Shown here: in pieces, positions 39,620 through 54,680 of the stretch
Layout of the letters: each line of letters begins with the position of its first letter
How positions within the stretch are numbered: the stretch's first letter is position 1
DNA from: Octopus vulgaris
Taxonomy: Eukaryota
Direction of reading: 5' to 3'
DNA: 64,000 nt
NCBI GenBank assembly: GCA_951406725.2
Contig: OX597829.1
Coordinates: forward strand, 6,634,001 to 6,698,000
Translations under genes and position numbers: made by a program
The notes under the pieces: generated by a model
What the model was told of the DNA's origin: nothing
What the model saw: the letters and a program-made list of their open reading frames with translations, nothing else
Databases searched by the model: none

Positions 39620-41025
39620 TTTGGCTGGGATGTGGCGGATTGGAAAATGGGGTGCACAATCCTCGCAAATATGCTTATTCGTTTCCAGCTGACGGACAGG
39701 TTCAGATTGGATTTCCCGAATATTCCGGTGTGGACATGGTCGAACTGTGTCGGATCATCCAGATCTTATCAAATTTGTGATCTGTACAGTTGACCTAGAC
39801 AGGTTCCATAAGTAGGGTCCTGGATGCTGGAAGCTAAACGCGTCCCTGCCGGCGCTTCAAGCTTCCAGAGACCGGCTTAGCAAGATAGTCTATCAAAAGG
39901 TTGCCGGGTGCAGTCATCAACAACCGATGGTGAGGAACCTTAACATTGGTGATTAGAGTAGAACTTGTAGAATTTAGGAGAGAACTAGCGATACAGAAGA
40001 CTAGAGTAGAGAGAGACCTAATTAGGAAATTAGAAGAATCACTCAGTAGAGACATAGCAACCGAGGTGTTGACAACGAGGTTGATTCTGAACCAATTCCC
40101 CAAAACCATGCATGAAGTTTACATTTCAGGAGGGAACAAAAGCCGTTTAAATGGGCCTGGATGACCGAGGCACAACGTGTTAATAACATTACAATTCGGT
40201 CTTTGAGGTGTCGGGGCGGGCGCATGTCACACTACTCGAAACAGATTTGTGCGGAATATCAGTGGCACTTTGCCGAACTGTACAGTGCGCACGGTAGCTC
40301 GGAGGTGGAGGTGAACTTCAACTCCTACCTTGATAGCATGCCGCGGCTTACGGCTAAGGATGTGGAATTCTGCAAAATGCCGATAACAGCTGAAGATACA
40401 CGTGACGCGTAGGCTAGTTCCACGAGGGACAGATCTCTGGGATTGGATGGTCTACCCTTCCAGCTTTATATACATATGTCAATAGCCACCTCTCGGAATC
40501 GTTTAGTATTGCACGTTCGGTCCGTTAAGGATGCCTATTCTCACTTATTTTCTACGTACTGGAACTTGAACTATTACTGCGGAACGCGATTGAAAGGATT
40601 AAAGACGGGTACCTTCCTCTTTGGCCAAGACTTCATTGAAGTTTTCATGCTCCACCTGAAAAGGAATGTGAGGCTAGAGAGTGAGGCACTGTCATCCAGT
40701 AAGTTCGTTGAAAGGTGAGTGAATATAGCAGGAATGGCCCGCGTGAATGGGCTTTTGTTAAGAGTGCACCTGTCGGCAGGATTGAAGGATGGGCAGAGGT
40801 TGCCTTCTTGAGGAGCCTTTGGAGTTAAAGGGTCCACAGTGCGTGAGATATCTTTGGTCACCTTACGGTGGAACTCCCGTTTGTTGAAGAAGCTTATTGT
40901 TGATTTAATCATTTTGTTAATCGCTGTGTTTGCTGGCTGTTTACACGTTTAACGTCACTGCCCTTCGTCTGTGTATCGTCCTCTATGTTTTGTGTTCGGC
41001 CCTGGTGGGTAAAAAAGAAAGAATT
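39620..41025 (+). mobile_element. Tx1/L1-clade LINE relic with large internal deletion
   Basis: WTWSN..SSRSY, GPGCWKLNASL, YLDSMPRLT..PITAED and GLDGLPFQLY, then the C-terminus TRLKGLKT..HLKRNVRLE, homologous to 8547-8861. The 3' end is gtgttcggccctggtgggtaaaaaagaaag. Confidence 0.8.
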
Positions 41026-41032
41026 ATTATTA

Positions 41033-41239
41033 AGGCAGCGAGCAGGCTGAATCGTTAGTACACTGGGCGAAATTTTTAGCGGTATTTCGCCCGTCGCTAC
41101 GTTCAAATTCTGGCGAGGTCGACTTTGCTTTTCATCCTTTCGAGCTCGATAAATTAAGTACCAGTGAAACACTGGGGTTGATGTAAGTAACAACTCCTCT
41201 CACCCCAAATTTGAGTCCTTGTGCCTCCAGTAGAAATGA

Positions 41240-41240
<1 letters not shown>
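41033..41240 (+). mobile_element. SINE family B
   Basis: ggcagcgagcaggctgaatcgttag...gttcaaattctggcgaggtcgactttgcttttcatcctttcg...taagtaccag, followed by (ATT)n. Confidence 0.82.
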
Positions 41241-41331
<91 letters not shown>

Positions 41332-41686
41332 TTTGTTGTAGTATATGCAGAGTTTTTTTTCTGCTAATAATTATTTCACATTGATTTGGTCTCTGCTGTA
41401 ATACTTTTATATTAATTATATTATTCTACCTATATATTACATGAAATGTCCAAATATCATTCTCGGCAGGTCTTGACTCTTCTCTCTTACTCTCGTTTTC
41501 CCCCTAACACCTTTTCTTTCTTTATCTATACGCACATAATATACATACATATTTACATGCATACATACATTCATAAGCACAAGCAGGCACATACTTATAC
41601 GCATACACATACAAAATAATCATACTTACATGCGTACATGTGTTTGTGTGCATGCGTGTATGTGCTTTCCTGTTTCTTATGCTTTA

Positions 41687-41746
<60 letters not shown>

Positions 41747-42425
41747 TGTGTGTGTGTTTGTGTTGCTACATCCCTCCTCTCCAATTATAAGATAAAATAA
41801 AAACAAGTTAATAAAGAAAAAAACTGCTTTCCGTAAATGAGTGTATTCAGTAGAAATTGTACAGCCGCTATACAGGCAAAGAACAAAAGCGTCTAACATC
41901 TGGAAGGCTTCGCTCACTGATGCCAACCGCCTGCCTTTTGTCTGTAGCAGCAACATTTGCAAACACCGTCGAAGATGCAAAAGACGTCCTCACACAATAA
42001 GTAACTCACAAAACTCCTCCTTCCACAACTGCTGTCACATGTTTTGGTTCTTGCAAAACGCTTCTCATCTCTTTTTTAAACTGTAATGATTCTTATTCCA
42101 CACAGCTACTCGTCCTCTCTTTTATTGCTGTGTTGTTGAATTGTTTAACTATATATATTTTGCTTGTTATTGAATAGCGAAAAGGGGAAAGGGAGGCTCC
42201 TAATATATTCGGTATAGTTTGAAATGATCAACTAAGTCTTCTTCACGGGCAACCAAATGTTGGCTGTACCCCTGCCGCGAATTCATGTCTCTCTCTTAAC
42301 TTTTAGTGCGGTTTTAAAACAATTTTTCTCTCAATCTGTTTTTATCAAACTGCAAAGTTAGTCAGAAACTGATCTGGTCCCCTTTTTCTTCCTCAAGTCT
42401 CTATTTCTCTCTCTCTTTCTCTGTC

Positions 42426-42486
<61 letters not shown>

Positions 42487-42847
42487 TTCTCTTGTAATGT
42501 ATATAAATCAACAAGATTTGCTGTCAAGTGAACAAATATTGTGTTACGAAATTTTTATTTATTTATTTACAGTTATCTGCGGTATCAACATGAAATGAAA
42601 TAATAAAAGCTATCGTATTGCTTTTCAAAATATATGTAAATATACGATGGAGTATTTAAGTGGTATTTAGCATATGAGACATAATCATCAAATCTTCCTC
42701 AAATGACATCTTAGCCTTTCAAAAATAGGACTCATTTGATAGAGTTGTCCGGGACACCCTAAGTCTCAAAAGTACCCTGGACTTCCTTCAACCATAAGGG
42801 ACAGCCTGATGATTTGATGCTGAACAAGAACAATAACACACAAAAAT

Positions 42848-43155
<308 letters not shown>

Positions 43156-43157
43156 GA

Positions 43158-43345
43158 GGCGACGAGTTGGCAGAAAAATTAGCACGCCGAACGAAATGCT
43201 TAGTGGTACTTCATCCGTCTTTACCTTCTGAGTTCAAATTTTCGTCCTTCGGGAACGACTAAATGCGTACTAATTGACCACTGGGGACGATGTAATCAAC
43301 CATTCTACCATCCCACCGAAATTGGCCTTTTGCCCAAATCTGAAG
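43158..43345 (+). mobile_element. SINE family B, diverged
   Basis: ggcgacgagttggcagaaaaattagcacgccgaacgaaatgcttag...ctgagttcaaat. Confidence 0.72.
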
Positions 43346-43371
43346 TTACTACTACTACTACTACTACAACA

Positions 43372-43425
<54 letters not shown>

Positions 43426-43436
43426 GCGGCGGCGGC

Positions 43437-43650
43437 GGCGGCAAGCTGGCAGAATTATTAGCACGCCGGTTAAAATGCTTAGCGGCATTTTGTTCGCATT
43501 TTACGTTTTGATCTCAAATTCTGACGAGGTCTACTTTGCCTTTCCGTCCTATCAAGGCCGAGCAATTAAGTACCAGTCAAGTATTGGGATAGATGTAATC
43601 CTCTCGTTCCCTTTCCCGAAATTTCATGTCATTTATTAGAGAAAGAATTA
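43437..43650 (+). mobile_element. SINE family B, diverged
   Basis: ggcggcaagctggcagaattattagcacgccgg...gaggtctactttgcctttcc...taagtaccag. Confidence 0.75.
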
Positions 43651-43837
43651 TTATTGTTTTTGAACAGTTGAAATATATTTAGACAATTACAAATTCCTTT
43701 CAATTGGTAAAAACTCGTTAGTCCTTCAGGTGTGCATTTGCATTTCAGTTTTGTTGACTAGATTACTGGCGCATAAACCTGTGCTTGATACTCATATCTA
43801 ACTTCAACAAGAGATGAAATATCTAATTTTATGATAC

Positions 43838-44850
<1,013 letters not shown>

Positions 44851-44874
44851 ATAAATTTATGATATACATTAGAT

Positions 44875-47046
44875 CAAGGAAGGGCAACAGGTGGCCTGCG
44901 GGCCACAACCCAGCCCTCTCTGCCAGTCAGTGTGGCCCTCACTAACCGTTTTTATTTTTTTTACCACGTATGCTAATTTTGAAATTTTGTCGTTGCCGTA
45001 AGACAAATTTCACAGTTTTCGATTCGGCCTTACAAAATGTCATGGACGTCGCAATTTTGACTCTCAAGCGTGCTACACAAACAGACTTTGTTTTGAATTT
45101 ATTATTCATTTCTTATAGTTGCTACAAGACAAACCATCAATTCATGTTTTTACAAAATTGCATTCTTTGAGCTCTTCCCTTTTTGCCCTTGTGATAATTC
45201 GAACTGTTTTAATATTTTTCATATTTCATGCAGGTAAAGATGTCTACTGCTAAAAAACGGAAAATTGATGATGAGGAAAGAATATTCAACATTGACTGGA
45301 GCAGCAAATGTTTGGTCGGTCAGCTCAACAAATGTGTTGAGTGGACAAACTAAAACAGATTACCAAATCAATTAAGAAGCAGTAGGGAGTATTTACATAT
45401 TATAAGAAAGACTCTGAGCTTGTAACAAAGCTTAACTTCAAAATCTGTTAATCAATCGCAGAAAATGGAAACCCTTCAGTGATGGAAAATTCATAAGAAG
45501 TTGCATGGTCATTTTGCATGACCCGAAAAGAATCATTTATTGGAGCAAACCAGTTTGTCTCGTTTTGCTCTCGTGTTGCGCAGAATAAACCAACTTGCAG
45601 AGAATATCGAAGAGACTGTAAAGCAGCGGATAAATAGATATGCAGCATATACATTGCCTCTTGATGAAAGCACAGACGCACGTGACACAGCTCAATTGGT
45701 TGTGTTTGTAAGATGTGTTATTGAAAATTTTGAAATAACTGAAGAATATTTGGACATACCGAATACGTCTTCAACAACCACTGGACAAAACATTAGTGAA
45801 TAATTCTTGAAGTTGATGGACAAGTTTCAACTTAGCACTTCTAAACTGTGTGGCCTGACAACTAATGAAACACCCTCAGTGACAGGTCGAACCAATGGAT
45901 TCACCAAGAAAGTTTTAGATAACATCGGATCGCAAGATGTTGTGGTGAATCACTGCATTATACACCAGAAAAGTTCGTGCACCAAAGTACTCGGCTTTAC
46001 TGGTGTTATGAAACATGTTGTTCAATATATGTATTACATTCGTGGTGGAGGATTAATCATCGGCAATTTAAGGCCCTCTTAGAAGAACTTGACTCAGATT
46101 ATCCTGACGTCGCGTACTTGTCTGCAGAGCATTGGCTCAGTAGATCTGCTACTTTGAAAATATTTTGGAATCTAAGAAAGGAGATTGGATCATTCATGAT
46201 AAATAAGCAACAAGATGTTGCTTATTTAAATGAGGATGACCGGTTAAATGATATTGCTTTCCTGACTGACTTCACACAACATATTTCAGATTTAAATGTT
46301 TACCTGCAAGGTAAAAGTCAGCTGGTGAACAAGATGTCTGAACACATTTGTTCCTTTGAAAAGAAACTACAACTTTTTTCCGCTTCAGTTGAGAACAACA
46401 GTCACTCATTTTCCCAGTCTGACTGTCAGAAAAGCAGAAATGCTAGATTTGGATTGTTCCAAATATGCTGAATGTATTGGCAGGTTGTGTGCTGAATTTA
46501 CAAGCAGATTTGAGCATTTCAGGAAATGTGAAGCTGAGTTTAATCTGTTTTCTCGGTCATTTAACATAGCACCTGAGGACAGTCCTGATTGGAGTTAAAT
46601 GGAGCTGATAGATTTGCGGTCTGATATGGATGTGAGAAGAGCATATGATAGCAATGACTTGGTAGCTATCTACAAAAATTATGCATCCAAATTTGAAGCA
46701 ACATGCTTGGAAAATGACATCCACTTTTGGCAGCACAAACTGCTGTGAGCAGTTCTTCTGAAGAATGAAATTTACCAGAAACAGGTATCGAAGTCAGCTG
46801 AACATCCGACCAGTCAGCTTCGAGTTATCACCACATTCGTCAAAGCGGACATTGATAAATTGTGCAAAAACATAAAACACCAAGTCTCACATTTATAAAA
46901 TTATGCTTAATTTTATTTGTCTTTATTGTTTAAAAATGCGTTCATGATTCAATACATTAGTTGCAATTAGATTACATGTTTCTGACAGTGACTGCCCCTG
47001 ATTATTGTTCCAATGTTCGAAAGTGGTCCGCCAATGAAAAATGTTG
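44875..47046 (+). mobile_element. hAT DNA transposon (Buster/Charlie, GTF2IRD2/SPIN-like transposase), pseudogenised
   Basis: MSTAKKRKID start at ~45240, with DESTDARDTAQLVVFVR, HCIIHQ, HWLSR, FLTDFTQH..LNVYLQGK and FGSTNCCEQFF. An 8-bp TSD cattagat (44867) / cattagac (47047) fits nnnTAnnn. Confidence 0.9.
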
Positions 47047-47369
47047 CATTAGACAGTCGTAAAAGTCTGTCACATAACTTCTGTGTACAGGTAGGCAATG
47101 ACCAACTGAAATGTAGCGTCAAATGTCTTTTCATTCTCACCATCCACTACTTGCCCTACACATTTTTATATTTTTGTCAAGAGAGTAGACAAACACGCAT
47201 AGTTCATTTTAGGGCATCTGAGATTAATGGAGGAAAATATATCCTAAAACCAGAAACTTTGTCTAAGATTTCACGTAAGTCTTTTAAACAGGACGACGTG
47301 TTATATTTGCCATCCACGCATAGGACTTGAACTAAGAAAACAATGAGTCTGAATATATGACGCAGTCCT

Positions 47370-47520
47370 ACTTCTTATAGATCCACTAATCTATTGTCCT
47401 GAATGGGTGCTTTTTTATCAACTCCAAAAGGATGAAATGCAACGTTGACTTCGGCAGGATTTAAGCTCAGAGCGCAAAAACTTATACAAACACCGCGACA
47501 TTCAACCTGATGCTTGTACC
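47370..47520 (-). mobile_element. SINE family B, highly diverged
   Basis: aaaaggatgaaatgcaacgttgacttcggcaggatttaagctcag is the reverse complement of the family B core. Confidence 0.55.
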
Positions 47521-48317
47521 AGTTCTCTTAACTTAACTAAATACGAACTTGTAATGGCCTTGATCCTATTATCAAGCATAACTAAATCAAGTACACAAGT
47601 TGGAATACTTGTTACAATTTGACTATTATTTCTATTAAATAAATTACCGAATTGTCAGCAGATTTTGTTTATTAAACTAAATATCACTGTGGAGTGAATC
47701 TATAGATTTTTATTTAAATGCGCTGGCTTTAAATACAGTTTCACAATGACCAGATAAAAGTGGGCTGACAAGAATATAAAGACGATTGAAACTACAGTCT
47801 ACTCAATCCGCTTTTCTTGCCCTCATTGAAGTTATATAATACGACAAACGTTTACGACTAATGTATTAAATGAAATTTGATTGTACTACAAATGCAATGG
47901 CGGCTGAAATCTATGGATCTAACTTTCCACACCTCCAAAATAATAAACAAATTTTTCACATAATATCTTGTCTGATATTAAAAAAAAAATAATAATAATA
48001 AAAATTCAGATCTCTCTGTATCTATATTTTTGCCGATATGATATGTCAAATATTCCTCAAAATTAGTAAACTGATAACGACTTAAATATTATGATTGTCT
48101 ATTGGAAGTTATAGAAAGACTATCTGCTGAAATGATTATGCTAGTTTTTTTTTTTTTTGGGGGGGGGGGGTTAGATATTTTTATTGTTTTCTAAGAACTA
48201 TTTAACTGAGTGGTCTGTACTTATGCACTATTGATCATTTATTGATGATTTGACCTCTTTTATAAAATACATAAAAGTATTCTTTCATTTACTTATGATT
48301 TCATTCTCTCTTTCACT

Positions 48318-49062
48318 GATTTATATATGCATGTTTATGTATATACATATATATGCATATATATAAATATATATGTGTATGTATATATTTATGTATGTAT
48401 ATATGTATGCATATATAAGTATATATATTTATATATATATATACATGTATACATGTATGTGTATATGCATGTATATATGCATATATATATATGCGTATAT
48501 ATATATATAAATATATGTATATATGTATATACATAGGCATATGTAAGCATATATATATATATGTGTCTATATATATGAATGTGTGTGTTTATATACATTT
48601 ATAATATGTAGGTATATATATACATATCTATATTATGTATATATATTATATACATATGTATTATGGATGCATATATATATCATACATATGTAAACACCTA
48701 TATTATGTATATGCATATATATATGCATTATATATATATGTATGTATGTATACATATGCGTATATATGTATATATTTACATGTAGATTTATGTATATATG
48801 TATATATATATATATATATATGCATGTGTATGTACATATATATGCATGTATATATATATATATATATCTTTATATATATGTATACGTATACATGTATATG
48901 TATGCATATATATGTATATATATATGTATGTATATGTGTACATGTATATGCGTATATAGATACATGCACATATATATATGTATATATATGTATATGTATG
49001 AATATATATACATATATATATAAGTCTATATACATGAATGTGTGTATGTGTTTGTATGTATG
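48318..49062. repeat. TA/TG-rich degenerate microsatellite
   Basis: Direct reading. Confidence 0.9.
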
Positions 49063-49299
49063 TGTCGATATCATTCAGTTGTCTACTTATATACACATAT
49101 ATGTATTTGTTGGATGGCCGTTCACTGCGCATGTACTCCTCTTTGATGAGTCTTATTTTCCGTCTTGCAGTGAGTCCAGCAATTTTCCTATGCACCAAGC
49201 AAACCTGGTGTATTTGCCAGCTTAGTCGCCGACGACCCGATCATGTAACAGTTCGTACTCAAGTGTGACCTGTAAATTAAGTTAATGGCAATAAGTCTC

Positions 49300-50700
49300 C
49301 TGGGTCTAATGGAATTTGTGCAGAGGTCTTGAAATAATAGTGTGACAAAAGTTTTAAACTTATAAATATATTGATTTGTCACTGTTGGGGAACTGAGAAC
49401 GTCCCTCAAGTATATAATGCTGCCATTTTATTTGCCTTGTATACATGGGTGCCAGAGGATCTGTGTGGTAATTTTCGTGGGATTTCGCTTTTACTGTAGT
49501 TGGAAAGATAATGCCCGCATTGTGTTAGAAGGTTTAAATATGTTAATTGTTCCAAATATAGTGTCTGAGTCTCAATATGGTTTTCGCTCCGCCAGAGGCA
49601 CCGCTGATTGTATATTTACTATTAGACAATTCCAGGAAAAGTGCATTGAAGAGGATCTTGCACTATAGCATTACTTTGCTGATTTAAGCGCACCATTCGA
49701 TACTGTTAATCGTAATGTTCTGTGACTAATTTTAAGGGAAATGGGTTGCCCAGAAAAATTTGGTAACATGATCAGGGCTTGCATGATCAGGGCTTGCATT
49801 AAGCTATGAAGGCTAGAGTTAATTTTGGTGGCAGGCCCTTCGAATCTTTTGCCGTAGAAAATGGAGTAAAGCAAGGAAACCTTGATATACCCACCCTATT
49901 TTCAACATACTTTGCTGCTGTGCTCTTACACGCTTTTCAAAACTCTGAGGAAGGTATTTACATAAAATATCGAACAACAGGGAATGTTTTTATCGTACCA
50001 GACTGAAATTCAAAACAAAAGGTTTTTACTTCACTGAATAGGAATATTTTATACGCTGTCGACTGCGATCTACTTAGCCACTCTAAAAAGGGGGCCTGAA
50101 GTCTCTTGTGTCTGCATTTGGCTCAGCTTGTGATGATTTTGGTTTGACATTAAACTTGAAAAAAACAATTGTAATGTGTCAACCTGCAGGTGGTGCTTTT
50201 TGCAATCTTCTAAAATGTTGGTTAATTGTAAGTTACTTGAGGTTGTTGACTGTTTCATCTACCTTGGAAGCTCTGTACAAAATGATGGAAATCTGAATAC
50301 AGAAATATATCTGCGAGTACAAAGGACAGAAGATGCATTTGGTGGTTTGGAGTCACGCATTTTGCGCAAACAACATATAAATATCAACAGACAATTGGTT
50401 CTTTACAAATCGCTTCTCTTACCATCCTTGTTGCATTCTTCTGAAACATGGATGTGTTATGAAAGACATTTCAAATTGTTAGAACGATTCCACCAAAAAA
50501 TTCTTTCACCGCATTTTAAAAATTAAATGGGGCCTTTATATTCTAGACACAGATGGAAGCCTCAAAAACATTTTAAAATCTACAAAGATAAGAACTTAAC
50601 TGCAATCTACGTGGGAATCCTTTCCACATATTGTCTGGTTTAAAATGCCACATCAGACGCCATGATGGACCTAAGGTGGTCAGACAATGCATAAGGAATA
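49300..50700 (+). mobile_element. RTE-clade LINE reverse transcriptase relic
   Basis: SESQYGFRSARGTADCIFTIRQFQEKCIE, FADLSAPFDTVNR, GCPEKF, NGVKQG..PTLFSTYF, YAVD, FGLTLNLKKT, FIYLGS and LLHSSETW, with many stops and frameshifts. Confidence 0.88.
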
Positions 50701-50723
50701 GACAAACACTATACACTCACACA

Positions 50724-50780
<57 letters not shown>

Positions 50781-50832
50781 GCACAAACACACACACAGAC
50801 ACACACACACACACACACATATATACATATAA

Positions 50833-51148
50833 TAATAATATTAGGGAGTAAATCCAAACTTACACGGAAAAATTAGATTTAGGATTAAATCTAATTTTAC
50901 AGTTACAGTATAAATTTATATATTAAATTAGAGATAAAACTACTATTAGGCAAATCAAACAGTGAAAAACATAAACCAAAACATAGAAATAAAATTAATT
51001 AATATAATATACAAAATATATAAAGTATTTTATATTTTATATTTTATATATTTTGTATATTATATTAATAAATTTTATTTCTGTTTTGGTTTATGTTTTT
51101 CACTGTTTGATTTGCCTAATAGTAGTTTTATCTCTAATTTAATATATA
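50833..51148 (-). mobile_element. Fold-back element (~105-bp arms) plus tail in (TA)n
   Basis: Arms ~50917-51024 / ~51043-51148 with a few differences, and tail 50833-50916. A related tail fragment lies at ~12883-12927. Confidence 0.6.
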
Positions 51149-51168
51149 TATATATATGTATATATATA

Positions 51169-52140
51169 CTAGCATTAAAGACCCCTCGTTGCCGGGTCAT
51201 AGTGCTAGTGCATGTATATATGTGTATATATATGTGTAAATATTACATGTACATCTATATATATACATCTACACATAAAATACAAAATACAAAGTTATAT
51301 CTTGATATCGCTAGTGATAACTATACTCAAAATATATAACAGACTGTAATTGTTAGCCCGTCTCTTGTAATTTCGATCAATTGTATCTTGTCCTCCCTCT
51401 TGTATAGAAGTGTGGCTACAATCCAGCCTACCTCTACTTCTGTGGAGGGGGGGGGGGGCATTTTTTTTTTTTCCGGCACGTCCTACATCCCAGATATAAA
51501 GGTAAAAATAAAATATTTCCACTTTGCAAGTTCGAGTTGAGTACTCCCTTGAACACTCCGTTGACTCGAACCTTGCTTCTATTGCGGCGAATTTACCGCC
51601 TCTAGTAAGATATCTTTAATCGTCACACCAAGACACTTTTCGAAGGTGCTTTCCTCCATGTGTTCAAATCTTCTTTTTTCTCTACATTATATACTTTATA
51701 GACAATAGTCTTTTCTTTAATTTTATTTTTAATTTATTCCCATTCATGTGAAACCACTTATTCAAGTTCAAGTCATTGATGCAATTTTATACCAATTGCT
51801 ATTTTTACTTTTTTTTATGTCACGATTATATTATACTTTAGTTTGATTTTAATTATTACTTACTACATATAATTCAATTGTTATTATTATTTTTATTGTT
51901 AAAGTGAAAGTATCTGACATAAAATAGAGAAATGGTTTTGTTTCACTTTAAACACGTAATACTGAAATAATGGAGAAGATATGATATTGCTATGGGCTCG
52001 CTCTAGGCAAGAAGTTGAACATTTCTTTTGCCCATGAAACTACATGGAGCCTAAGTAAGGCATGTGTAAAATTTGAATGAAATTGGTTGTGTAGGGAAAC
52101 ACACAGACAGACAAACACACATTCTCAGTTTTATATATAT
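51169..52140 (-). mobile_element. Non-autonomous Helitron-like element
   Basis: The minus strand starts tatatatataaaactgagaatgtgtgtttgtctgtctg and ends with hairpin gacccggcaacgaggggtc followed by CTAG|t. The design matches 58718-59018. Confidence 0.65.
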
Positions 52141-52154
52141 AAATATATATATTC

Positions 52155-52680
52155 AGAAAAGACACCCATGCTCCCTTTCTTCAGGTGAAACTATAAATGG
52201 CATGGCAGGACTTGTCTATTTGGATCGAATAGAAAAGCTCAGGCTTTATTCTCTCCAACACCACCGCGAGCGCTACATCACCTGTATGATGTGGAAAATA
52301 TTCCATTCGCATTGAGCTAATGATGGTTGTATCACATTTAAGATACACACAGTGCTATCCGCCCACAACATAAATCACACTCTCATCTCATAACAAAAGT
52401 ACAGCACAATTATTTCACCTCAAATGATCTCGATATCTAACATTACACCAAAACACATTACAGTAGAAACAGATCACACGTAGTTCAGGAGGTCTTTGAG
52501 CAAATTCTTTCAAATAATCACAGATGAGACTCCTACACCCGGATTTGTTTCCGTAAAAAGTAAAAATCTATTTGAGGGGGCCATGCTGTCCGATCCTTGA
52601 TTTGAATGACTTCACCAGGTGCTGCTATTAAGTTAGACATCACCTGGGCCAATACTGGGCGAAAACTAGCAAAGTATCAA
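52155..52680 (+). mobile_element. CR1-group LINE 3' end relic
   Basis: INGMAGLVYLDRIEKLRLYSLQHHRERY..MWKI resembles the I.GM..L.Y.ERL..L.LYSL.RRRERY motif. Confidence 0.7.
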
Positions 52681-52681
52681 A

Positions 52682-52682
<1 letters not shown>

Positions 52683-52754
<72 letters not shown>

Positions 52755-52782
52755 TATATGTATATAAATATATATATGTATG

Positions 52783-52847
<65 letters not shown>

Positions 52848-53452
52848 TGTGTATGTATGTATATATATATGTATGAATATATATATATATACGTATATAT
52901 ATACGCATGTATATATATATATATGTATATACATGCGCATATATATATATATATGTATATATAAGTATATATTCATGTATGTATATATATATGTATGTAT
53001 ATGTATATACGTATATATATATATATGTATGCATGCATGAATATATGTATATATATATATGTATGCATGAATATATGTATATGTATAGATTTATGCATGT
53101 ATGTATATATACATATTTATGCATGCATGTAAGTATATATATATATTTCCATGCTTGTACCTATGTATATATATATATGCATATATGTATATATATATAT
53201 GTATTACATGCATGTATATATATATATGTATATATATATATGTGTGTATGTATGAATATGTACATGTATATGTAAATATGTATGTAAATGTAAATATACG
53301 TATGTATTCTGCATGTGTAAATTTACACACATATTATATACATATATATGTATAATAAAAGTAGTAATATACTCACATAAATATATATGTGTAATGTATG
53401 TATAAATATGCACAAATATATGTGTATATAAGTGCGTGTGTATTTGTGTATG

Positions 53453-53512
<60 letters not shown>

Positions 53513-53626
53513 ATATAAATATATATATACATATATAAAGTTTGTAAATAATGTATATATAAATATAGAAACATACACGTATATAAGTATTATCTATATA
53601 TGTGCGTGTGTATATGTGTATGCATG

Positions 53627-53667
<41 letters not shown>

Positions 53668-53695
53668 ATATATGTGTGTGTGTGTGTGTGTGTGT
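52683..53695. repeat. TA-rich compound microsatellite
   Basis: Direct reading. Confidence 0.92.
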
Positions 53696-54489
53696 TCCTG
53701 CTCACGCGTTCCTGTGTGACGTATTCAGCTAGTGCGTGGATTAGCATAATCGACATGTTTGTGCAGTTTTTTCAAAATCTGAAGACAAAGCAGAGCAAAA
53801 AAATGCACGAATATATTCAACCCAATGATAACATTAGAAAACTACTTATATTTATCCAATAAAATAGTTTCGTAATCTGGTTTCTTCTAATTAACTTCCA
53901 AAGGATGTTATTTATTTTGCTATCAGCAACGTAGCGAAAAGTTGATACAGCTCTGAACTAATATTTGAATACATTCGCTTTGGTAAATCCAAAGTTGTCG
54001 TCTAACCTTACTCCTTGAGTTTTAATACTATGTACACATACCCGCCTGTAGCGAAAGTACCCGCTGGCTGACGCAAAGCTATAATGGCACTGGTTTTCGA
54101 TTTTCCATTCCATTAACTTCAAAAATTATTTCAGAATTATGTGCATCCGAACTCGCTAAACCTTCTCTCTCCTTCTTTGCTGAGTACATACCGACCTTTA
54201 GATATACCATAGAGTTACTCGTTCCTACTACAGTCGTACTGCACTCATCTCCCATATCTTAAAAATAATCCGGAACGGTTTTAAATAACAACCTTCTCAA
54301 TCACCTTGAATCCTTTTTATGATCCTTAAAGTATACGAGTGCAGCTTTCATAAAATGAAAGCCGATGTTACCTTCAATAAAACTAAAATTTTATACCTTT
54401 TTCACTTGAATCTTTTTACGAAAATGCCTGCTACATCAGTAGAAGCAAAGTAAAGTCCCTTCCAAATTCATATAAACTCATATGGAGTG

Positions 54490-54680
54490 GTTTTCCGGCA
54501 TGTATATCCCCCTCCTGAACGGGATGCCAGCCCGTCACGGGATTACTCATTTTTGCCGATTGTATTGGAGCATCGTGAAATGAATATGTTTTGTTCAAGA
54601 ACACAATGCATCGCCCGGTCCAGGAATCGAAGCCACAATCTTACAATCACGAGTCCAACATCCTAACCACTAAGTCACTC
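54490..54680 (-). mobile_element. tRNA-derived SINE of a third family (V-domain-like), diverged
   Basis: Minus strand gtgacttagtggttaggatgttggactc...ggcttcgattcctggaccggg (A/B boxes), then tcttgaacaaaaca and ccgtgacgggctggcatcccgttcaggagggg. Confidence 0.65.

Noticed and set aside
49767-49798. 15-bp tandem duplication catgatcagggcttg in the RTE relic (similar 16-bp duplication at ~38458 in the R4 relic)
   Set aside because: This is post-insertion decay with no functional implication.
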